From positions 87,015 to 151,014 of the forward strand of contig JBLIRO010000001.1 of assembly GCA_049472335.1 (NCBI GenBank): DNA of 64,000 nt, given 5' to 3'. Under the pieces are notes generated by a model. It had not been told where the DNA came from. It saw only the letters and a program-made list of their open reading frames with translations, and ran no database searches. How positions within the stretch are numbered: position 1 is the stretch's first letter; every line of letters starts with the position of its first letter. This document shows, one piece after another, positions 1 through 8,105 of this stretch. This DNA comes from a bacterium (GTDB lineage Bacteria > SZUA-182 > DTGQ01 > JAFGSM01). Both the position numbers and the translations under genes were made by a program.

Positions 1-1
1 A

Positions 2-175
2 ACACATAAATGCAACATAGGTGTGATTTATAAACATGAAGAAGGAGCCGGATATCAACGGGTCCTTAAATCAGAAGGACTCATTCCCGGTAAAGGATAT
101 TGGATACTACTCAATAATGTGACTGATGATGCCCAGCTAATGGTTAATGCCTTAAATCAGGGTCTTTACCAATAA
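2..175 (+). CDS. 3' end of an upstream gene; C-terminal domain paralogous to the C-terminal repeat of the 1548-aa secreted protein (48708-53354)
   Basis: Frame 2 is open from the window edge and reads THKCNIGVIYKHEEGAGYQRVLKSEGLIPGKGYWILLNNVTDDAQLMVNALNQGLYQ, with stop TAA at 173-175. By eye it aligns with NCSIGVIYGYKPKTGYQRLLESESLMPGKGYWILFNN at the end of the 48708-53354 ORF. It is absent from the ORF track because it has no start inside the window. Confidence 0.6.
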   Translation, partial: THKCNIGVIYKHEEGAGYQRVLKSEGLIPGKGYWILLNNVTDDAQLMVNALNQGLYQ

Positions 176-276
176 GTCTATATTTAAGCAGGATAGCCAT
201 AATTAATACAGGCATAGAAGTCAGATGGTTTGATATAGTTCCCAAGCATTCATTTTGGGTCCATGACGATTTAATA

Positions 277-332
277 GATCAGGCTCATCACTGAGAGCAG
301 GAGACCCCGCTCAGATGGGCCTGATCTTTTTA
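277..332 (+). terminator. Possible rho-independent terminator after the partial upstream gene
   Basis: GATCAGGC (277-284) pairs with GCCTGATC (319-326). There is an inner CTGAG/CTCAG pair, and a T-run follows at 327-331. The loop is large, so this is weak. Confidence 0.3.
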
Positions 333-411
333 CTTCAGGATTTAATCAGCACCAAATCCGCCCTTGTCTGTCATAGGTCCGGATTTCCGTAATAATAGAT
401 CAAACATGGGA

Positions 412-439
412 TTGACATTGACATCTTTTTTTATATGTT
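412..439 (+). promoter_or_regulatory. Sigma70-like promoter candidate upstream of a GC-richer non-coding stretch
   Basis: Tandem TTGACA TTGACA lies at 412-423. TATGTT at 434-439 sits 16 nt after the first hexamer. No ORF follows for about 250 nt. Confidence 0.25.
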
Positions 440-669
440 AAGTAAAGAACGGGATTTTAAAGTCCGTACAAACCGTTTGTTTATCAAAACGTGACGGCGG
501 CCCTAACACGCTTCCCGGTGTGACTGGCGCACCACACCTCAGCAGCGTCACCAACCCTGTCTTGATATATTATATATATGGTGATTACACATTTTAATTA
601 AAGTTTTCTCTTTGATTGGATCAATTAAGTAATTAAACCACATCCTGCAAAAGGTTTAGTGACAATATT

Positions 670-1266
670 TTTTGCCAGCGGAGATTTCATGGAGGAGATT
701 ATGAAAAGGATATGTATGGTTGGGACAGCTACTTCGAGGCCCTTGGATTATTGGTAGATGGACGGATAGACCTGGCAAAGGCGATGGTTGATAATTTTGT
801 TTACGAGATCACCTATTAAGGAAAGATCCTCAATGCCAACCGCTCATATTATCTGACACGCTCCCTGCCGCCTTTTCTGACATCTATGGCCTTAGCCGTA
901 TATGAGCATCTCCCCAGAGACCCCACAAGCAAGGAATGGCTCATGAAGGTTTTTCAGGCCGCCATTAAGGAGTATCGTGAAGTATGGATGGTCAAGGACA
1001 GGCTTACAAAGATCGGGCTCAGCCGATACTACGGCGAAGGGATCGGTCCTCCCCCGGAAGTGGAGCCTGGGCATTTTGATGCGGTTTATAAACCGTATGC
1101 AAAGAATTTCGATATGACGGTAGCCGAAGTTGACGATTTCTGGTCTGGTTTAAAGGAAATATTTCAAGAAGGTTTCTCAGGCGGAAGTGAAGGAAGCTCT
1201 GGTGGAGGTGGTTTTTCAGGTGGGGGAGGAGGTTTTGGAGGAGGCGGAGCCAGCGGTGGCTGGTAG
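670..1266 (+). pseudogene. GH37 trehalase fragment with an in-frame TAA, fused to a Gly-rich YgcG/TPM-type C-terminal tail
   Basis: Frame 1 reads [25 protein letters not shown] (trehalase signature-like), then EITY-TAA(817-819)-GKILNANRSYYLTRSLPPF, then LSRYYGEGIGPPPEV. The ORF ends in SGGSEGSSGGGGFSGGGGGFGGGGASGGW, which is typical of TPM/YgcG C-termini. Most of both trehalase ends is missing. Confidence 0.6.
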
Positions 1267-1347
1267 CTGTTGCAGTAAACAAAAGATCCCTCCGGATGCA
1301 GGAAATAAACATTAAGAGCTATTTTATCCAACCTGCACGATCCCCAA

Positions 1348-1785
1348 ATGGTGCATCATTCTCCAGTACGGACTGGACCGGAACCTCGTTGGCAGGAAAA
1401 CCGGCACAAATCCGTGTGTGTTGCCCCTCAATTTCATGAAAATCATGTGGTTACCGAAACCTTTACCTTCAATCTGCTTATGGGACATCGATGGGCTCCC
1501 CATCCGGAAGATATGCAGGAAGCCGAAACCATCTGCCATGAGCTTGGAATCAGTGAGGTACTCTTAAGGATGCCCAAAGGACTGCTACAGATGGGGGGAG
1601 ATGCCGGATGGCAGCTCTCCCATGGTGAAAAAAGCCGCCTTTACATGGCAAGGGCACTTCCCCAGAAGTCGGATTTTATCATCCTGGATGAAACCTTTGC
1701 AGCCTTAGATCCCCAAATCCTTGAACAATGCCTTCAATGCATGCTCCGCCGGGCCCAAACCCTCTTGGTTATCACACACCGGTAA
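1348..1785 (+). pseudogene. ABC transporter ATP-binding domain, C-terminal fragment (copy 1)
   Basis: APQFHENHVV, an LSHGEKSRLYMARAL signature-like motif, a Walker B FIILDE and an H-loop LLVITHR are present. There is no Walker A and no transmembrane domain upstream. Confidence 0.7.
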
Positions 1786-2001
1786 ATAAAAACATAAACC
1801 AGAACCATAATGATTTACTCAGTGGCTTATCTAAATTTAATCTTGGGTTTTGGGCCTTAGTATCTGTTTTGACAAAAGTTGGGTTCTTGTCTATACTGAT
1901 TTTTAGGAAAACAAATCCTATCAAAATCAGACAAATTTTCTCAGACAAAAAAAGGGATTTATTTTAGATTGACACAAAAAAAAGTAAAATAGGAGGCAGT
2001 C

Positions 2002-2208
2002 ATGGAATCAATAGAGACAAAATTTAACAAGCTTCCTGATTATCTTAAGGAAGAGGTTGAGGATTTCATTGATTTTCTAATTATCAAGAAAAAGATTTCA
2101 AAGAAGAAAAAACTCCCAAAACTTGATTGGATAGGGGGATTAAAGGAGTATCGAAACCAATATACAGCAGTCAATTTGCAGAAAAAGGCATCAGAATGGA
2201 GAGACTGA
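2002..2208 (+). CDS. Type II antitoxin, DUF2281/VapB-like
   Basis: 68 aa with KLPDYLKEEVEDFIDFLIIKKK. The stop TGA (2206-2208) overlaps the ATG (2208-2210) of the PIN gene. AGGAGG lies upstream. Confidence 0.6.
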   Translation: MESIETKFNKLPDYLKEEVEDFIDFLIIKKKISKKKKLPKLDWIGGLKEYRNQYTAVNLQKKASEWRD

Positions 2209-2603
2209 TGTATCTAATAGATACCAATATTTTTCTGGAAGCCCTCTTAGAACAAGAAAAAACAAACATTGTTAGGTCTTTTTTTCAATCCATAGACTTA
2301 AGGGATATGCTCATAACAGATCTTTCGCTTCATTCAATAGGGATCATTTTGTTCAGATTAAATAAATTTGAGCTTTTTGATATATTACTCAATGACATTA
2401 TAATTGATGGGATAGGTATTATTTCTCTAAAACTAAGTGACTTGAAAGAATTAAAGGACATTTCTAAAGCTTTTAATTTGGATTTCGATGATGCATATCA
2501 ATATTTGGCATCTGAAAAACATGATTTGTTAATTATCAGTTTTGATAAAGATTTTGACAGAACAAAGAGAAAAAGGAAAGAACCACAAGAAATAATTTCA
2601 TGA
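2208..2603 (+). CDS. vapC: PIN-domain toxin (VapC-like)
   Basis: MYLIDTNIFLE carries the N-terminal acidic residue, and DDAYQYLASEKHDLLIISFDKDFD lies near the C-terminus. The track ORF starts earlier (2127). An overlapping ATG at 2208, or at 2196, is more plausible. Confidence 0.7.
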   Translation: MYLIDTNIFLEALLEQEKTNIVRSFFQSIDLRDMLITDLSLHSIGIILFRLNKFELFDILLNDIIIDGIGIISLKLSDLKELKDISKAFNLDFDDAYQYLASEKHDLLIISFDKDFDRTKRKRKEPQEIIS

Positions 2604-2929
2604 ATCTTGTCTTTCTATTAAATGCCGTTATAAAGGGAGATCCTTACTAAGCCTTTCTATGCTGGCTGATCAAGATGGGCAGGGTAAAAGATTTATGAGA
2701 ACATTAATATCTGCAAATATTTTTCTGATATTCTTTTCTTGTAAAAGTTCTCCAAACAACAGAGGCTACTTTATGGTAGCCATGCGTATAGAACCGGATG
2801 AAACCATAACCATAAGGAGTTACTAAAAATCCTTCTCGACCAAAAGAGATAATATTTGATACTTTAACCTTCAACTGAGTCATAGAAAAATTCTTATCCA
2901 GGAATTCTTATCCTGGGGATTATTTTCCC

Positions 2930-3212
2930 TCAACTAGTACTACCCAATTTATTTTGTTTAAAGGGAAGATTATACAATTTTACTATATTTGGCAACCCGC
3001 CCGAGGTTCTTATTTCAATCCTGTCTTCATATATAGGGATGCGTATTGGGACACTGATAGTATAATCCCTATGGGCAATTGCATTTACAATAGCTTCTCT
3101 CAGGGCGGTTTCCGGCATCTTCAATACTATTTTGTATCCAAATACCTTAATTTCATATTTTTTGGAAAGTACAATATTAAAATGGACAGAACCGATGTTA
3201 GAGCCAATTGCC
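2930..3212 (-). pseudogene. C-terminal fragment of an AlbA_2 / HATPase_c_4 (RecG-like putative DNA-binding) protein
   Basis: LREAIVNAIAHRDYTISVPIRIPIYEDRIEIRTSGGLP is the conserved core of that family. The N-terminal two thirds are absent, and the ORF runs into the start of the CHAT gene. Confidence 0.5.
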
Positions 3213-3298
3213 ATGGGAGGCAAAAAGAAAATTATAAAAAAGATATTTTTGATATTGTATGGAAAATAATCTAATATAATCCTTAAAAGGAGGGAATC

Positions 3299-6200
3299 GT
3301 GGATCAAACCATCAACCTGCTCCACTTAAGGATTAAACAAGAGGACTCTGGTGACCATGTCATCTGTCTCCGGTCGGGCAGCGAAACCTTAGCCGAATCC
3401 CCCGCTCCCCAGGGCATCCTCCATTGGTCGGATATTCCCACCCTGCATGCGATATTCGGCAGACCCGGCCAATCCGTTAAAGGGATAACTCCCCGGGAGA
3501 TATCACCCATAGGCACAAGACTCTACAATGGGCTCTTTCCGGGCCCTATCCATGAAGCATTTACAGAGGCCATCCGGAAAGCAAGATTAAGCCGATCTAT
3601 CATAGACCTTCGCTTTCAGGCGGACGCATCGCACCTCCTCTCACTTCCCATCGAGCTCATCCACCACCCTGAGGAAGGCTATCTGCTTCTTAAACCCTAT
3701 ATCTCCTTCTCCCGCCATCCCCTCCTCGATATCAAACCCGGGGACGCATCAGGTCCGCCCCTAAAAGTCCTCATGTTTGTATCAAGCCCCGAGGATGCCC
3801 CTCCTATCCTGGACTTCGAAAAAGAACAGGACAACATAATCCAGGCCCTTGATCCTTACATCAGCAAAGGGGAAACCATTGTAGACATGCCGGATGAGGG
3901 CACAATGGACACCCTTAAAGAATATTTGGACCGCGGTGGCTACCAGGTACTCCACTTCAGCGGCCACGGGAACTTTGATCCCCGAAAAAACGAGGGATGC
4001 CTGCTCTTTGAAAACCAAAAGGGACAAAAGGAGGAAATCCCGGCTCATCGGCTTGCAGACCTTCTCATCAGCTATCCCAGCCTTCGCCTTGTTTTCCTCA
4101 GCGGTTGTCAGACAGCCCACATTGACTATGACATATTTGCCGGGGTCTCCCAGCAGCTTCTCAAAAACGGTATCCCCATGGCGATAGGGATGCAGCACTC
4201 CGTCTCAGACGAAGGTGCAACCGCATTTGCCTCCTCATTCTACGGGGAGCTTCTCAAGGCCCACAGTGCAGGCTGGGCACTCGCATCAGCCCGCACAGCC
4301 CTCTGGGAGCATAACAAAAACTCCTTTGAGTGGGCAACCCCTGCACTCTATGGGGGCGGATGGATCGGGGAGGTCGTTAACCTTGCAAAAGAACCCCAGG
4401 CGCCCCTGGAGCCCAGGGGAAAACCCAGGGCCTTCTATGCAGGGGTAAGCTATCTGGAGCAGGGATTTGTCGGAAGGCGCTCAGACCTTTGCGCACTCAG
4501 GGGAAAGATCCGCGAAGGGCAGACAGGCATCGCCATCTGCGGGCTGGGCGGCATAGGGAAAAGCACCCTCGCCACCCGTCTTTTGGAAAGGCTTCACTGG
4601 GAAGAAGGCATGGACATCATGGTGTTTCAAAAAGAGGTATCCCCGGAGCAGGTGGTCTCCTCCCTGGGTGACACCCTGGGAGGGGAATGCTCCCGGATCG
4701 GTAAATCTCCTGATCTTCCCTGGGGGAAAAAGCTCACCGCCCTTCACAACACATGGCCTGAGAAAAAAATAGCCCTCCTTTTTGACAACTTCGAGGACAA
4801 CCAGCACCACGACGGCAGCATCAAAGACCAGGAGGTCCGGAAAATGCTCACCGCCCTTTCAGCCATTGACAGGAAAAGGCTCCTGCTCATAATCACCACG
4901 CGGTACTGGCCCGACATCCTTTACCGTCATAACCTGGGGGATATGGGCCTTACAGGAAGCATCAAGAAGATGTACCGCTATCCCGCGCTTCGGGAGTTGG
5001 ATCTTTCCATAAAAAAGGAAATTTACGATCGTCTGGGGGGCCAGCCCAGGTCCCTGGAGCTTCTTGCGGGCCTCCTCCGGACCATGGAGAAGACATGGGA
5101 CACGGTAAAACACAGGGTGTCAGAGGTAGAAGAAGATGCCCGACAGGACCTCATGCTGGATATTCTCTGGGAGGAGCTCAGCCATAAGGAGCGGGATCTG
5201 CTCAAAAGGATATGGGTCTACCGTCTGCCCGTGGACGAGGACGCCCTCACCCTCCAGGCTCAGGAAAGGCCTGTCGATACTCACATAGCGAGTCTGGCAG
5301 ACCGCTCCCTCATCCATGCAGGCAAGGATGAAGAAGATGTCTTTCGGTATTTCATCCACCGTCTCACTGCAGGGTATGTAAAGGACAGGGTCACGGATGA
5401 AGAGGCAAGGGATGCCCACAGGGTCGCTGCGCGCTACTATGAATACCGGCTCAGGAACCAGGAAAAAGACATAGATATTTTCCTTGAGGCCCGTTATCAC
5501 CACCTTGGTGCAGGGAACCTCCGTAGGGCGGCTGAGATCGCCTTTGCTGCTGAAGGTCCCCTGAGGATCTGGGGTCATATCGAAAGGGCACGGCAACTGA
5601 ATCAGGAGACCCTGGAGCGGGCGCCTGATGAGAGGACCCACGCCATTGCCCTGCACAATCTGGGGATCATTGAGCAAGGCCAGGGTGAGTATGAGAAGGC
5701 GCTCTCCATGTATGAGGAAGCTAGAAAGATTGCTGAGCGCATCGGCGATGTGGCTGGGGTTTCAGCGAGCTACCACAATATAGGAGCAATTTATCAGGAT
5801 AGAGGCGACTATGACAAGGCTCTTTCCATGTTTGAGGAATCTAGAAAGATAAAAGAGCGCATCGGCGATGTGGCTGGGCTCTCTAAAAGCTACCACCACA
5901 TTGGGGTGATCTATCAGGATAGAGGCGACTATGACAAGGCTCTTTCCATGTTTGAGGAATCTAGAAAGATTGCTGAGCGCATCGGCGATGTGGCTGGGGT
6001 CTCTAAAAGCTACCACCAGATTGGGAGGATCTACCAGTATCGAGGCGACTATGACAAGGCTCTTTCCATGTTTGAGGAATCTAGAAAAATAAAAGAGCGC
6101 ATCGGCGATGTGGCTGGGGTCTCTAATAGCTTCCACCAGATTGGGATAATCTACCAGGTTCGAGGCGACTATGACAAGGCTTTTTCCATGTATGAGGAAT

Positions 6201-6598
6201 CTAGAAAGATTTTTGAGCGCATCGGCGATGTGGCAGGGGTTTCTGCAAGCTACCACCAGATTGGGAGGATCTACCAGTATCGAGGCGACTATGACAAGGC
6301 CCTCTCCATGTTTGAGGAATCTAGAAAGATAAAAGAGCGCATCGGCGATGTGGCAGGTCTTGCATTTTCATATGGGCAGATGGGAGTCCTCTTTGAAGAA
6401 AAAGAAAATTATGAAGCCGCTTTGGAATATACCTTGAAGGCATTTTCCATAGTGAGCCAAATCGGGTCTTCACATATTCAGCTAGCGGTGACACAACTAA
6501 AACGCCTTCAGAAAAAAATGGGGACAAAAAGGTTTAATACGATCTGGAAAAAACTCACCGATCTGGATGACATACCTTATTTCTTGAAAAACGAATGA
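3299..6598 (+). CDS. CHAT (caspase-like) protease - STAND/NB-ARC-like P-loop NTPase - TPR repeat protein, paralog 1
   Basis: GTG start 7 nt after AAAGGAGGGA. CHAT dyad motifs are VLHFSGHG and LVFLSGCQTA. Walker A is GLGGIGKSTLA and Walker B is IALLFDNFED. Seven 40-aa TPR units of the form xSYHxIGxIYQxRGDYDKALSMFEESRKIxERIGDVAGVS follow. Confidence 0.85.
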   Translation: MDQTINLLHLRIKQEDSGDHVICLRSGSETLAESPAPQGILHWSDIPTLHAIFGRPGQSVKGITPREISPIGTRLYNGLFPGPIHEAFTEAIRKARLSRSIIDLRFQADASHLLSLPIELIHHPEEGYLLLKPYISFSRHPLLDIKPGDASGPPLKVLMFVSSPEDAPPILDFEKEQDNIIQALDPYISKGETIVDMPDEGTMDTLKEYLDRGGYQVLHFSGHGNFDPRKNEGCLLFENQKGQKEEIPAHRLADLLISYPSLRLVFLSGCQTAHIDYDIFAGVSQQLLKNGIPMAIGMQHSVSDEGATAFASSFYGELLKAHSAGWALASARTALWEHNKNSFEWATPALYGGGWIGEVVNLAKEPQAPLEPRGKPRAFYAGVSYLEQGFVGRRSDLCALRGKIREGQTGIAICGLGGIGKSTLATRLLERLHWEEGMDIMVFQKEVSPEQVVSSLGDTLGGECSRIGKSPDLPWGKKLTALHNTWPEKKIALLFDNFEDNQHHDGSIKDQEVRKMLTALSAIDRKRLLLIITTRYWPDILYRHNLGDMGLTGSIKKMYRYPALRELDLSIKKEIYDRLGGQPRSLELLAGLLRTMEKTWDTVKHRVSEVEEDARQDLMLDILWEELSHKERDLLKRIWVYRLPVDEDALTLQAQERPVDTHIASLADRSLIHAGKDEEDVFRYFIHRLTAGYVKDRVTDEEARDAHRVAARYYEYRLRNQEKDIDIFLEARYHHLGAGNLRRAAEIAFAAEGPLRIWGHIERARQLNQETLERAPDERTHAIALHNLGIIEQGQGEYEKALSMYEEARKIAERIGDVAGVSASYHNIGAIYQDRGDYDKALSMFEESRKIKERIGDVAGLSKSYHHIGVIYQDRGDYDKALSMFEESRKIAERIGDVAGVSKSYHQIGRIYQYRGDYDKALSMFEESRKIKERIGDVAGVSNSFHQIGIIYQVRGDYDKAFSMYEESRKIFERIGDVAGVSASYHQIGRIYQYRGDYDKALSMFEESRKIKERIGDVAGLAFSYGQMGVLFEEKENYEAALEYTLKAFSIVSQIGSSHIQLAVTQLKRLQKKMGTKRFNTIWKKLTDLDDIPYFLKNE
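5642..6480 (+). repeat. Coding tandem repeat, 120-bp period, 7 units (six near-identical)
   Basis: Blocks beginning at 5701, 5821, 5941, 6061, 6181 and 6301 are almost identical in register (…ccatgtttgaggaatctagaaagat…gagcgcatcggcgatgtggc…). Confidence 0.9.
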
Positions 6599-6671
6599 AT
6601 CCTTTTCAAGGATGACTGAATATTAAAAAAGCAAAAATATACAAACAATATGAATAAAGGAGACAAAGAAG

Positions 6672-7097
6672 ATGGAAAAGACATCCCCGCTGATGAAGAT
6701 AAATTGCCCTAACCCGGAATGCGGCCAGGGTTTCCATATCCGACTTGGGATCACTAAAGAAGAACAAAAGGCATATGCAGATGCCAATGATGGGGACGAA
6801 CTGAATGAATCCCGGGTGTGTCCTTTCTGTGAAGCTCTGGTTATCGTAAGATACAGGAAGGAGGGGCCAAAGAAAAAAAAGGAGCGTGAGCGGTCAAAGG
6901 CCTTTGGAGAAGAACTATACACATTACAGGGAAATCCATCGATCAGTGCAATATCTCTCTGGCGCTGCCCCGAATGTGATTATAAAGAGGAAGTCATCCA
7001 CTATTCGGCCCTCAATCCTCCCCAGTGTCCCACCCATAACTGCAAACTTGAACTCGTCCGGGAACCCCTGGAATCAGGGAAAGGGGTCCCGGAATGA
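6672..7097 (+). CDS. Small double zinc-ribbon protein
   Basis: 141 aa with CPNPEC…CPFC and CPEC…CPTHNC pairs separated by a Lys/Glu-rich linker. AGGAG lies upstream. The stop overlaps the next start (ATGA at 7094-7097). Confidence 0.6.
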   Translation: MEKTSPLMKINCPNPECGQGFHIRLGITKEEQKAYADANDGDELNESRVCPFCEALVIVRYRKEGPKKKKERERSKAFGEELYTLQGNPSISAISLWRCPECDYKEEVIHYSALNPPQCPTHNCKLELVREPLESGKGVPE

Positions 7098-8071
7098 TTA
7101 TTGACGATATATCCAAAGAGGTTTTTGGCAAGCTCGGCTCCGGCTGGATTGTATCATGCCTCATCCCGTCTGCCATCCTCTTTGCCGTCATCGGAATAGC
7201 GCTTTTCATCGAGCCTCCTCATGAAATGATCAGGCAGCATCAAGCCTTACAAAGGCTTTGCACTTCCATCCCAAAAACATGGTGGCCTGGCGTTATTATC
7301 CTGCTTATCATCTTTACAGGCCTTTGCCTCAAATTCTGCACCCCATATATCATCCGATTCTATGAAGGCTATGGCCCATTCTCCCTTTTTCGTCCCCTGG
7401 AGCAAAGACGCTTCAGGAATATCGAAAAAAGGCTCAAAGCGTTTATGAAAGAGGTAAAGAAAACCCCGCGAACCAACACCAATACATCTGAATTTCAACA
7501 GTTAGAACAAAAAGCACACGCCCTGGAATATCATCTTCGAAGCAGCTTCCCCCCGCCTGAATACGTCATGCCCACTGCCCTGGGGAACATCATCCGCGCA
7601 GCAGAAATCCATGGTCTTGTGCATTATGGTATAGACGCAATAATTCTCTGGCCCAGGCTGCTTCCTTTTGTCCCCGAAAAAATAACAAAAGCCCTGGGAG
7701 AGGCGTATAATTCCATGGTCCTTTGCCTGAATACGAGCATTATATTTTATACCCTCTCGCTCTTCTGGCTTATCTATTTTGGTCGTTTAAAAAACATCAC
7801 AACGCTCATATTCCTTCCTGTCCCGATCCTCTTCCTTCTCGGCTGCCTCTCCTACAAAGCCTCACTCACCTCAGGCAGGGATTTTGGACACCAGCTTTGT
7901 GCTGCGGTTGATCTGTCCAGATGGAAATTGCTCAAAGAGCTCCGCTACCCTTATCCCAAAGACCACAATGAGGAGGTGCAGCTCTGGCAGGAGATCAGCA
8001 AATTCCTTTACGGAGGCCCTCCGGTCCAAAGGAATTATAAATATGAACATAAAGACCTTAAAGATTCCTAA
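7094..8071 (+). CDS. Membrane protein of unknown function (2 N-terminal + 2 C-terminal hydrophobic helices)
   Basis: 325 aa. Hydrophobic segments are WIVSCLIPSAILFAVIGIALFI, WWPGVIILLIIFTGLCL, MVLCLNTSIIFYTLSLFWLIYF and LIFLPVPILFLLGCL, with a soluble helical middle part. The start is translationally coupled to the Zn-ribbon gene. Confidence 0.6.
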   Translation: MIIDDISKEVFGKLGSGWIVSCLIPSAILFAVIGIALFIEPPHEMIRQHQALQRLCTSIPKTWWPGVIILLIIFTGLCLKFCTPYIIRFYEGYGPFSLFRPLEQRRFRNIEKRLKAFMKEVKKTPRTNTNTSEFQQLEQKAHALEYHLRSSFPPPEYVMPTALGNIIRAAEIHGLVHYGIDAIILWPRLLPFVPEKITKALGEAYNSMVLCLNTSIIFYTLSLFWLIYFGRLKNITTLIFLPVPILFLLGCLSYKASLTSGRDFGHQLCAAVDLSRWKLLKELRYPYPKDHNEEVQLWQEISKFLYGGPPVQRNYKYEHKDLKDS

Positions 8072-8105
8072 CTTAACAGGATCAACCAAATAACAGGGGC
8101 ATTCA

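Noticed and set aside
2695-2883. Two mutually overlapping small ORFs below the track threshold: plus 2695-2826 (43 aa, lipobox-like LIFFSC) and minus 2704-2883 (59 aa, …GFLVTPYGYGFIRF…, faintly cold-shock/OB-like)
   Set aside because: At most one can be real. Neither has a convincing RBS or a motif strong enough to call, so both are left unannotated.
5642-6480. Regular 120-bp repeats (also at 10440-11520) that could be taken for a CRISPR-like or satellite array
   Set aside because: They lie fully inside long ORFs, have no unique spacers, and translate into 40-aa TPR units. They are coding tandem repeats.
3304-6527. Many antisense or alternative-frame ORFs inside the CHAT genes (e.g. 3782-4198, 5120-5677, 5762-6256, 9918-10574)
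   Set aside because: They have no motifs and lie opposite or out of frame to strongly supported genes. They are typical of GC-richer, repeat-containing coding DNA.
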